A stretch of 64,000 nt of DNA from an uncultured virus (IMG/VR IMGVR_UViG_3300033121_001607) (Duplodnaviria > Heunggongvirae > Uroviricota > Caudoviricetes): the IMG/VR virus record IMGVR_UViG_3300033121_001607, one strand, 5' to 3'. The notes beneath the pieces are model-generated. The model had not been told where the DNA came from. It saw nothing but the letters and a program-made list of their open reading frames with translations, and did not search any database. A program made the translations under genes and the position numbers. Below are positions 7,453-15,559 of this stretch, one piece after another (the first letter of the stretch is position 1; every line of letters starts with the position of its first letter).

Positions 7453-8778
7453 TCAGCAAGCGCAAAGGATATTATTCAAAAAGATACCACAACTATCGTC
7501 GCACGTTATTGTAAACGTCTTTTCAACTGTAGTGGATTTTATGTTGCGGACTTTGATTCCAACAACAGAAGATTCAACAAGCTTTGATAGAGAAGAACTT
7601 TTGCTTTTCTTTTTAATATACTTGTTCAAATAAGTAGCCATATCATGATTCATAACAACATCGTCTTGTTCAAAAAGAGCAAGCTTCTCATACTTTTCAG
7701 CAGCCATGCCAATTTCTTCCTTGATATTTGAAAGAGATTTACCAAACTTATAACCCAAAAGATCAAAAGCAAAAATATGCTTATTTGTAAGTTTTGTCAT
7801 GAAATCATTAATTTTTATAGCAAGAGATTTGATTAAATAAGGTATAAAAGTGAAAAACGCTTCAATATGACCGCTATCAATAATTATGTAAGAAGAACCG
7901 GATTCAAAAGGCACTATTCCCATGATAAGCAAGCATTTGCAAAGTCTATCAGAAGAAACTTCACCGCCGCGATGTAGAGAAATACAAGGCTTACTATTCT
8001 CTTTGTCAATGAAACCAAAAGCATTGCTTGCATGAAAATATCCGGCAAGATAGTATGCTATAATCTCTTTATTTTGAGAAGCAACTTCTTTCAAGAAAGA
8101 ATCAATCAACATAGCAACAACTTTGTTTTTAGCCCTAACTAAATCCCCGACAATCTCTGGTTCAACAAGAAAATTTGAAGACATAAGATGAGCGAATATA
8201 TTATTCACAATCTCATTGTTAGTGCTAAAAAGGATATCACCATTCTCAAGATTATAGGTTCCTTTGCAATCAATAAGACCGGAAATAAATGCTAATCCAG
8301 TTATAAAGCTAATAGACATAGAAGCGTCTGCCTCATGAATCTTGCCTCCAACTCTTTGCTTTATAAGAGAGCCTTTCTTTTTCTTTGGAAAGACTTTTTC
8401 AATCTGGAAATTGCTCTCTCGAAAAGAAAGGAATTTCGGCATTAAAAGCAAATCCTCAGCAACAAGTTCGTCAACAGAAACCTTATTCAACTCTCCATTT
8501 TCATTGACATAAATCATGCAATCCTTGCGCAGTTCAAGGAAAGAACCAAAGCTCTGTATTCTTAATAACTTTGAAGGTTTCGTTTCAACACAAGACTGAA
8601 TTCGAACAGTCTTTGATTGCCAAGTCTCTTGATCAAAACCGACTACTTGTAAACTGCCATTTTTAAGAATATTTGGCAACTCGGAAACTCGATAACTGTT
8701 TCCATAGACATCGTGCAGAAAAGATTTCCCGCCAACGCCTACAATACTAGAGCTTATCTTGACTTGGCCTTTCGACAT
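7453..8778 (-). CDS. Free-standing, degenerate intein-like protein (HINT plus two LAGLIDADG motifs), no exteins
   Basis: N-terminal HINT-like region (GVGGKSFL...LQVVGFD...LLRIQ...SVDELVAEDLLLMPK), LAGLIDADG-like FISGLIDCKG and YLAGYFHASN, block-H-like LLIMGIVP, and a C-terminal block F/G-like KTFTITCDDSCGIFLNNILCAC followed by the stop. Confidence 0.8.
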   Translation of the reverse strand: MSKGQVKISSSIVGVGGKSFLHDVYGNSYRVSELPNILKNGSLQVVGFDQETWQSKTVRIQSCVETKPSKLLRIQSFGSFLELRKDCMIYVNENGELNKVSVDELVAEDLLLMPKFLSFRESNFQIEKVFPKKKKGSLIKQRVGGKIHEADASMSISFITGLAFISGLIDCKGTYNLENGDILFSTNNEIVNNIFAHLMSSNFLVEPEIVGDLVRAKNKVVAMLIDSFLKEVASQNKEIIAYYLAGYFHASNAFGFIDKENSKPCISLHRGGEVSSDRLCKCLLIMGIVPFESGSSYIIIDSGHIEAFFTFIPYLIKSLAIKINDFMTKLTNKHIFAFDLLGYKFGKSLSNIKEEIGMAAEKYEKLALFEQDDVVMNHDMATYLNKYIKKKSKSSSLSKLVESSVVGIKVRNIKSTTVEKTFTITCDDSCGIFLNNILCAC

Positions 8779-9283
8779 GAGCGTGTTCTCTTAGTGGTTT
8801 GAGTATTACAAAAACAATATTATCTGAAACCTTTAATTCGTCCCATTTTGCAACATCTCCAAGATCAGACACAGCCTTATTGAGAAGTTCTTTTGCATTC
8901 ACAATAAATGCATTCTCTCTTCCCTTTAATTCTATTCCAAATTTAACAAAACATTTCTTTTCTAGCATGGCTCTAATTTTTGTCTTTTTCACTTGAATAT
9001 CATGCTCTCCAGTTTTCAAGTGAAACATCATTTCTTTTGTTTCAATAGGCTTATTGTTGCTTTTTTTCTTTGAGGCTTCAAACTTAAGTTTACCAGCATC
9101 TGCGAATTTACAAATAGGGATACCCTTGTTATCTTTAGAAACCTGAACAAGATCAAAACCTTGTTCCTTCGCTTGGGAAATCGCAGATTTTTTATTAATT
9201 TCCCCCTTGCTAACTCCGTTCTCGTCAATAACAATTACAGAATAGCCATAAATCTCTTCGTTCACAAACATTCTGCCAATCAC
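8747..9283 (-). CDS. infC: Translation initiation factor IF-3
   Basis: VNEEI...VIDENG...AKEQGFDLVQVS...PICKFADAGKLKFE...KEMMF...GEHDIQVK...LKGRE covers both IF3 domains. The SD TAAGGAG is followed by CTT ATT GTG ATT, pointing to a non-AUG start. Confidence 0.92.
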   Translation of the reverse strand: MIGRMFVNEEIYGYSVIVIDENGVSKGEINKKSAISQAKEQGFDLVQVSKDNKGIPICKFADAGKLKFEASKKKSNNKPIETKEMMFHLKTGEHDIQVKKTKIRAMLEKKCFVKFGIELKGRENAFIVNAKELLNKAVSDLGDVAKWDELKVSDNIVFVILKPLREHAHVERPSQDKL

Positions 9284-9293
9284 AATAAGCTCC

Positions 9294-10163
9294 TTAATTC
9301 CTCAAAACGAAAGATATCTCGTTTATCGCTAAACTACTCAATAATGCATCCAATTGTGGATCATAATATTTTTCTGTATACGGAGACATCTTTTTTGTTA
9401 TATCTTTGATTCGATCAATAAATGCCGGTCCTGATTTTGCCGCGTCTTGATAAAAGCTTCGTATTACATCTGCGCTTTCTTTAGAAGATAAGCCTTTATT
9501 TGAAAGCAACCATGAAAAGCAAAAAACAATTCCATAGTTCATAAGAAATGCAACACCGCCAGAGTTATAATACTCTTCAATTTTTGATAGGTCAACTTTG
9601 TTTCCAAGAGCAACAGCTTGTACTTCTTTGTGTTTATTAAGACTTACAAACTTTTGCGAAGCTCTACGAGAACAAAAATCATACAAATCAAAATTCTCAA
9701 CATTCAATTCTTCTTCAACAAACCACTCTATGTATGTTTTTACTATTGAGTTTGACGGAGGGGCAGCTAGTCTTCTTTCAAGCTCTTCTTTGATTCGCTT
9801 TGTAAAACGAGCATGAATCGCCGGACCAATCGTAAGGGAAATTTTATCTCCAAGTCGCTTATCTTTCTTTACACAAAGATATCGAAGATAATTAAACATT
9901 GCTTTATCAGACCAAAGATCTGGATGAATAGTGTTAAAACCCTTTGAAGCCTTTATATCTTTCCATTTACAAACACCAGTTTTTTGTCCATTAGTTTTCT
10001 TGATAGAGGTTGGCCCGTCTACGATTTCAAGTTCGTCCTCTCCAATAATGTCAAGAAGACTATTTTTCTTCTTAGCTTTAGGACTGATTCCCTTATTGGC
10101 ATCTTTTTGACTTTGCGCAAGGATATCGCCCATAAAGTCTTTCGTTTCCGTTTCCGTTTGCAT
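9294..10163 (-). CDS. Hypothetical basic protein in the replication block
   Basis: Long ORF. The SD AGAGGT lies 7 nt before ATG 10163 (MQTETET), so the start was moved from 10196. Confidence 0.75.
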   Translation of the reverse strand: MQTETETKDFMGDILAQSQKDANKGISPKAKKKNSLLDIIGEDELEIVDGPTSIKKTNGQKTGVCKWKDIKASKGFNTIHPDLWSDKAMFNYLRYLCVKKDKRLGDKISLTIGPAIHARFTKRIKEELERRLAAPPSNSIVKTYIEWFVEEELNVENFDLYDFCSRRASQKFVSLNKHKEVQAVALGNKVDLSKIEEYYNSGGVAFLMNYGIVFCFSWLLSNKGLSSKESADVIRSFYQDAAKSGPAFIDRIKDITKKMSPYTEKYYDPQLDALLSSLAINEISFVLRN

Positions 10164-10167
10164 TTTC

Positions 10168-11286
10168 TTACCTCTTTTGGGCATTATTCTGACCAATAAT
10201 CAAGTATTCTACGCCTGATGAATTCTCGGCTGAACGATACTTATAATCATACTGCATCGTCTTAACTATTACGCTTTTTCTAAACTCACCTACTAACTCT
10301 TTAATCGTCTCAATTTCAGCCCAACTACTATCGTTGTAACTAATTGCTAAAATTGCATTTGGATCTAGACTATCTAACAACTGCCAAAAATGATCCTTAT
10401 AAGTTTTGGCTTTTGAAAAAGACTTTGAAGCCGCTTTTAGATATTTAATATCTTCGAAAGATTTTCTAGCTAAGTATTCTTCTAAAAACTGATACATGAA
10501 AGCATAATCGCTTTGCTGTCCGCCATATGGAGGATCAATATAAATAAGATCAAAACTGCGACCAACCATTTTACAAAAATCAAAAACATCATTATTAAAG
10601 AACATCGACGGAGGCCCTTCGCAAGGAAAATAAGAAGGCTTCATTGCCTGAAAATTCATTTCGCTATTATTGTTTCTCTGATGCTGCAAACGATGTTCAA
10701 GAGAAGCAATAATCTGCCCACTATTGAGCCGGCCGCCAACAAAACAATGAGACATAATAAATTGCATCATTGTTGAATGAGCAACACAAGCCCTAACATG
10801 ATCATTTGCAAAGCGCTCTTCTACATTTGTAAAATAACTATCTATAAAGATCGCTTCTTTATCAGTTAAACGAGAACCCGCATGTGTCTTTTCCATAAAG
10901 GAATCAGATTTTGAGTTCTTATTAGATATCAGGAATTTCCAATCTTCGTCGGAAATCTTGTAATTCCAACCTTGAGTCAAAGAAACCCCATTCATGTAAG
11001 AAGAGCGAAGTAGCTCATTAGAGTAGACTTCTTTACCAAACTTTTTGAAAAATGCCCCAACAACGGCAGATCCAGCAAATAGATCAAGCACCGAACTAAA
11101 AGAATCAAAAGGAACTTCATTATTTAGCTCGATGGCAATATCTGCCAAGATTTTGCGCTTATTACCGACATATGGGTTGTTCAAGATATTGAAATCAGAT
11201 TGAGTATTCAAAGCCTTTTCAACGAAAAGCTCTTCTTTGGTTTCAGCAAACAGATTTCCATACTGTTCTCGATTTTTACGAGCCAT
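10168..11286 (-). CDS. DNA adenine methyltransferase (D12/Dam-like, alpha order)
   Basis: NPYVGNKRKI and VLDLFAGSAVV (motif I) near the N-terminus, then DLIYIDPPY (motif IV), ISYND and EYLII. Confidence 0.9.
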   Translation of the reverse strand: MARKNREQYGNLFAETKEELFVEKALNTQSDFNILNNPYVGNKRKILADIAIELNNEVPFDSFSSVLDLFAGSAVVGAFFKKFGKEVYSNELLRSSYMNGVSLTQGWNYKISDEDWKFLISNKNSKSDSFMEKTHAGSRLTDKEAIFIDSYFTNVEERFANDHVRACVAHSTMMQFIMSHCFVGGRLNSGQIIASLEHRLQHQRNNNSEMNFQAMKPSYFPCEGPPSMFFNNDVFDFCKMVGRSFDLIYIDPPYGGQQSDYAFMYQFLEEYLARKSFEDIKYLKAASKSFSKAKTYKDHFWQLLDSLDPNAILAISYNDSSWAEIETIKELVGEFRKSVIVKTMQYDYKYRSAENSSGVEYLIIGQNNAQKR

Positions 11287-12822
11287 TTAGGTTGAACCTT
11301 TGAAATCTTTAATTACGAACTCTGGTTCGGTTTCGTAGATTCTCCGACGCGCTCTACTATGGGCAAGCATGTACTTCATATTATCGTGAAAATCAACAAC
11401 GTAAGCATCCTTTTTCACGAAGCCGGAAGTGGGATCTTCAAAAGTTCTGATTACACGCCCGATTCTTTGCAAAGCTCTGGTTTGAGACTTACCAGAACCC
11501 GCAAGAATAAGACCGTCAAGAGGCCTAACGTCAACTCCTTCGTCAAAGATTGATGTAGCAATAGTAACAGGAATCTTCTTTAATCTCATGTCGTCAATAT
11601 GAGTTTTACGAACTTTGTGACCCTTGCTACCATGAACAAAGAAACTATCAGGAATCATTGATTCCAAAAGCTCGCCATGCTCAATATGACGAACAAGAAT
11701 CAAAACGTGTCTACCCTCTTTGACCATGTTTTGCGCAATATTTCCGATTAACAGATTGCGTTCTTCATTCTGAACAATACCTTCTTTATAAGCTGTTGCA
11801 TAGTTGGTATCTTCGTCCATAGATTTTCGTGTATGAACAAAATAGATGGTTGGCTTAACTAGGATTCCCTTGCGGATAAGAAATGACGCATTAATTTCAT
11901 GAATAAGCTTACCAAAACAAGAATCAATAAGCAAGTCGTCGCCCATGTCTCGCCAAGGAGTTGCTGAGAGTCCAAAACGAAATCTAGCATTAACAGAATG
12001 GTCAGCCAAAACCTGACAGGTCTCAGCAGCCCAGTGTTGAACTTCGTCGCAGATGATTCCTTTCGCATTATGAATAAGAGATGCTATCGCTTCTCTCTTC
12101 TGCTGAAGTTCTTCTGAGATATCTTCTACCTCGTCTTCCTCGTCAAACTTATGATACTTTTCTCCAACCGCCCTAATTGCCGTCTGAACAGTGAGAACAT
12201 TTACGTCTTTAATATCAAACTTACCGCCGCCAATACTACCAACCTTAAGCGGACTCCCATTCTGAAGTAAGAACTTTTCTAACTCATCTTTTGCCTGTCT
12301 AAGCAAGTCGTTAGAAGTTACATAGAAAATAAAAGGAGCAGCGCTTAGCTTTTGGATAATACCAGCGCCTATCGCGGTTTTTCCGCCGCCTGTGGCAACC
12401 TTGATAATGCCTCGCTGCTGATTGACCGCTTTATCAATAACTTCCTGTTGATAGTCTCTAATTTGGAAAGAAGGGCTAGGGGTCAAAACGATATTGTTCG
12501 TCTTTGCTTCTGTTCGTTCGTCAACAGTTGCAACATCAACGCCATAAGCTCTGAAAAACTCAAGCGCTCTACTATATAAACCTGTTGGAAAATGAACACC
12601 ATCTTTCTTAAGAGAACACTTACAGTATTTCTTATTAAAGCATACTGTCGTAACATATCCGTCCCAATTTTTAGCGTTTTTACCTCGCCAAATTGCATTC
12701 GGATCTTTGTAACCAAGAGTTTTCTTGAACTCCTGATAAAGTTCTTTAGTCATCCTGCCAACAACAAACGTTGAAGAGTCCTGAACTCTTAGCGTAATAT
12801 ACGATTCAATTGATGAACTCAT
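11287..12822 (-). CDS. Superfamily 2 DExH helicase (UvsW/XPB/ResIII-like)
   Basis: RDYQ, ATGGGKT, ICDEVQH, GLSATP, IFDEGVD and QRIGRVIR; N-terminal WDG...FPTGL as in T4 UvsW-type phage helicases. Confidence 0.92.
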   Translation of the reverse strand: MSSSIESYITLRVQDSSTFVVGRMTKELYQEFKKTLGYKDPNAIWRGKNAKNWDGYVTTVCFNKKYCKCSLKKDGVHFPTGLYSRALEFFRAYGVDVATVDERTEAKTNNIVLTPSPSFQIRDYQQEVIDKAVNQQRGIIKVATGGGKTAIGAGIIQKLSAAPFIFYVTSNDLLRQAKDELEKFLLQNGSPLKVGSIGGGKFDIKDVNVLTVQTAIRAVGEKYHKFDEEDEVEDISEELQQKREAIASLIHNAKGIICDEVQHWAAETCQVLADHSVNARFRFGLSATPWRDMGDDLLIDSCFGKLIHEINASFLIRKGILVKPTIYFVHTRKSMDEDTNYATAYKEGIVQNEERNLLIGNIAQNMVKEGRHVLILVRHIEHGELLESMIPDSFFVHGSKGHKVRKTHIDDMRLKKIPVTIATSIFDEGVDVRPLDGLILAGSGKSQTRALQRIGRVIRTFEDPTSGFVKKDAYVVDFHDNMKYMLAHSRARRRIYETEPEFVIKDFKGST

Positions 12823-13043
12823 AACATTCCTGATTCGTTGGGTTTTGCGTCAGGCGAATCTACGCCAAGTTGGTAAATCTTGCTCGAAGGAAGTTTGTTC
12901 TTTCTCTTCAACTTATCTTCGATACGGTCAGGCTTGTCAAAAAGAGAAGACTGTCCAGAATCGTTTTCATCTGGAAAGGAGCCTGGCTGTCTCTTAAAAT
13001 CCGAAGACAGCTTTTGAAAACTATTTGTTTGGATTACTTTCAA
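12819..13043 (-). CDS. Small hypothetical protein
   Basis: 74 aa, TTG start with an AAAGGT SD; 4-nt overlap with the helicase start. Confidence 0.6.
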   Translation of the reverse strand: MKVIQTNSFQKLSSDFKRQPGSFPDENDSGQSSLFDKPDRIEDKLKRKNKLPSSKIYQLGVDSPDAKPNESGML

Positions 13044-13272
13044 CGTTAATACCTTTCGCCATCAAATACTGCAATCGCTCTCCTGCAACTGCCCAAAGGT
13101 TGTTAATGCTTTCTTTCGTTCCTGTAATCCTATAAAAAGCATCAATAAAATGACCGTTCCTCATTAGAGGCAAAGTATTCTCAAGATTTGAGTTTTGCTT
13201 TTGCATGGTAGCTACAACTTTTTTAAGGAATTCTATCTCTGACAAATCATTGTAATTTATTTCTTCAGGCAT
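13021..13272 (-). CDS. Small hypothetical helical protein
   Basis: 83 aa with a GGAG SD; co-directional with its neighbours. Confidence 0.7.
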   Translation of the reverse strand: MPEEINYNDLSEIEFLKKVVATMQKQNSNLENTLPLMRNGHFIDAFYRITGTKESINNLWAVAGERLQYLMAKGINVESNPNK

Positions 13273-13284
13273 AATTCTTCTCCA

Positions 13285-14328
13285 TTACCAAACTCTGGTC
13301 TTTGACAAAAGCTGTTGCAGCGTCAAGTTGGGGGACGTAACAAGCTCCTTACTCTGAACTCTAAGCAAAAGCTCAAAAGGAAGTTCGGACATTCCCCTTG
13401 CTCTTCTTTCGGATTCCACCTTTTCCCAGAGATCTTTGCTGAAATCTTTCAAACTCTCTGTAGTAGACCAATCCGGCCCTCTTACAGAATCAATCATTTT
13501 CTCAGTCAACCCTAAAAACCACCAATTACCTGCATATGGATTAGCGGATTGCGCTGTTTTCAGCTTGTCCATCTTTCTTAGACCAAGCGAAGCTTCTTCT
13601 AAATCTTTTGACTGACAAATAAGAGACAAAACTGCTAAGAAGTTTGCAACTTCTTCGTCTTCGCTAAAAGCAAGACCCAAGAAATCCGTTATTCGTTCTC
13701 TCATAAAGAAATTCGAAAACATTTCTCGAATCAAGGCCTCAGGAGAATCTCCTGATTTCATCATAATTCGCAAAGCTTCAACTAATAAAAAAGCAGAACG
13801 AACAGAATTCTTTTCTATGTCAAGATTAACAAATAAATAAGATTCGCCATTGTTGTCGGCCTGAACAACAACATCTAATTCATAAGATTTCTTGGCAACA
13901 ATCCTTATATTCTGCAATTTTAGACTTTTATATGGACAAAAGATGTTTTTTATTAACATCCAAACGGCATGAAACTGATCGAGTTTCATATTGACAACTT
14001 CGTTGTCGTCCTCATAAGACTTCCCGTATTGAGTTTTAAAATCCGCTAGCATTGAAATGAAATATCGCATTAGAGCATAGCGAGCGTCCATGCTACCTAT
14101 GTTCCTGCCGGAAACCGAACCAAGAGCATTTATGTAGACTGAATATATAGAAGCCATAGTATCCAAAACTGACTTGCCTTTACAAAGAACAATTTGACCA
14201 TCTCTCAAAGAGGGAGAATCAACTTCTTCAAAAATAACAGGCAAATCAACGAAATCACAGTCAAGCCTTTTGCATAAAATCTGCAAAGCCTTAGTAACAA
14301 GCAAATAATTACTGATTCTTAGTGTCAT
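13285..14328 (-). CDS. Hypothetical protein
   Basis: 347-aa ORF with no confidently recognised family. Confidence 0.8.
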   Translation of the reverse strand: MTLRISNYLLVTKALQILCKRLDCDFVDLPVIFEEVDSPSLRDGQIVLCKGKSVLDTMASIYSVYINALGSVSGRNIGSMDARYALMRYFISMLADFKTQYGKSYEDDNEVVNMKLDQFHAVWMLIKNIFCPYKSLKLQNIRIVAKKSYELDVVVQADNNGESYLFVNLDIEKNSVRSAFLLVEALRIMMKSGDSPEALIREMFSNFFMRERITDFLGLAFSEDEEVANFLAVLSLICQSKDLEEASLGLRKMDKLKTAQSANPYAGNWWFLGLTEKMIDSVRGPDWSTTESLKDFSKDLWEKVESERRARGMSELPFELLLRVQSKELVTSPNLTLQQLLSKTRVW

Positions 14329-14362
14329 ATCTCTGTATACAAACTTTTATGGCAAACCCCTT

Positions 14363-15559
14363 TTAATCTCTATTATACTTGAGGTTGACATTGTAGGTCC
14401 AAGTGATACCATGTCCGGGATGGACGCCAAAAAGCTTCTGCTCTGGCAGGTTTCCAGGCATATTATTACTTAAAGAATAAACATCTCCTCCAACAAATGA
14501 GCCATTTACAATAGCCTTACCGCTATGAGTTGTGAACTCGGAGGCGTTATGAAAGTGCCCCGCAATAGTGTAATCAGGAATAATTTTGGTCAAGCCTGCC
14601 ATTCTCTTTTCAAGCTCAAATACACCCTTAACCGGCGGGTCTTTAGATTTGACATCATCACCGTGAATCATGAGAAACTTATGCTTCTGTATTTCTTTGA
14701 TCATCCACCAAGATTTTGTTGAATGTATCTTGAGTCTAGGCTCATTGCGGAATTCTTGTTCAAGATTCTTATAACAAATGTAGTCAAAGTTTGCATATTT
14801 CTTCTCTGCACCACTCTGGGCAATACGTCCATGATTTCCGTAAATAGCATAGAACTCAACTTCTTGAAAAATACTAAGCATATAATGAACGAAGTTTGAA
14901 ATATGGTAACAACCAAGCGAGATTTGGTCCATAATTGGTGTATTTATCCAAACTGGAGACCATGCGCCTGCTGTATTAGCTCCATCAACAATATCTCCAA
15001 GAGACATAATATGAAGCTTGGGTATCCTATACAGGCTTGAATGTAGTTCGTAAATATTAGTTATTGCTTGCTTAAGATTTTCCAAACGTTGAATAAAAAT
15101 GTCTACATTATATTCAGATAATCCGCCTGTTTCTTCAAGCGTATGCTCATGGCCTATATGAAGATCGCTAAGGACGAGAACCATATGCTCGTCTGCTTTA
15201 CTAGTCTTTGGAGTAGGGGTATAAAGAGGCGGCGGAACAGCGGGGAGATTTCTAGCAGCTTGAGTAATCTTATCGCCAATGATGTCGGCGCTAAGCCTAA
15301 ACTTGTCCAAAGCCTTATTAACAAAAACCTGCTGTTTTACTGCGCCGGTCTCTATTTCCTCGCGCTTAGCGTCTACTTCCTCTTGATTATAGAAGCTGTA
15401 ACTTGTCCAATCGGTATCTCGATTGTACTTATTCTCCAAAGCCTTTACTGTTCTATCAAGCTTCTCGGCAATAACTTTATACGGAGTACCAAGCATTCTT
15501 TCCTTATAAAGGTATTCAAGTTCTTCTTCGGTCCATTTTCTAGTTTCAAAGTTTGACAT
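14363..15559 (-). CDS. Calcineurin-like metallophosphoesterase with N-terminal Myb/HTH-like domain
   Basis: RKWTEEE...IAEKLDRT (HTH), then SDLHIG, LGDIVDG, GNHGR, IHGD and AGHFH. Confidence 0.88.
   Translation of the reverse strand: MSNFETRKWTEEELEYLYKERMLGTPYKVIAEKLDRTVKALENKYNRDTDWTSYSFYNQEEVDAKREEIETGAVKQQVFVNKALDKFRLSADIIGDKITQAARNLPAVPPPLYTPTPKTSKADEHMVLVLSDLHIGHEHTLEETGGLSEYNVDIFIQRLENLKQAITNIYELHSSLYRIPKLHIMSLGDIVDGANTAGAWSPVWINTPIMDQISLGCYHISNFVHYMLSIFQEVEFYAIYGNHGRIAQSGAEKKYANFDYICYKNLEQEFRNEPRLKIHSTKSWWMIKEIQKHKFLMIHGDDVKSKDPPVKGVFELEKRMAGLTKIIPDYTIAGHFHNASEFTTHSGKAIVNGSFVGGDVYSLSNNMPGNLPEQKLFGVHPGHGITWTYNVNLKYNRD

Noticed and set aside
7453..8778. An active intein or homing endonuclease, or a split intein joining IF3 to the loader
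   Set aside because: Splicing and nuclease residues are substituted, the ORF is in a different frame from infC, and its TGA is followed by a second in-frame TGA two codons later.
10143..10160. Short tandem repeat (GAAACG units on the minus strand)
   Set aside because: It has only about three units, in frame, encoding TETET; no support for an iteron or phase-variation role.
2732..12822. A type III or BREX-like defence system (methyltransferases plus SF2 helicase)
   Set aside because: The helicase is UvsW-like with no nuclease domain, the MTases are small solitary types, and no pglZ, brxC or res partner is present.
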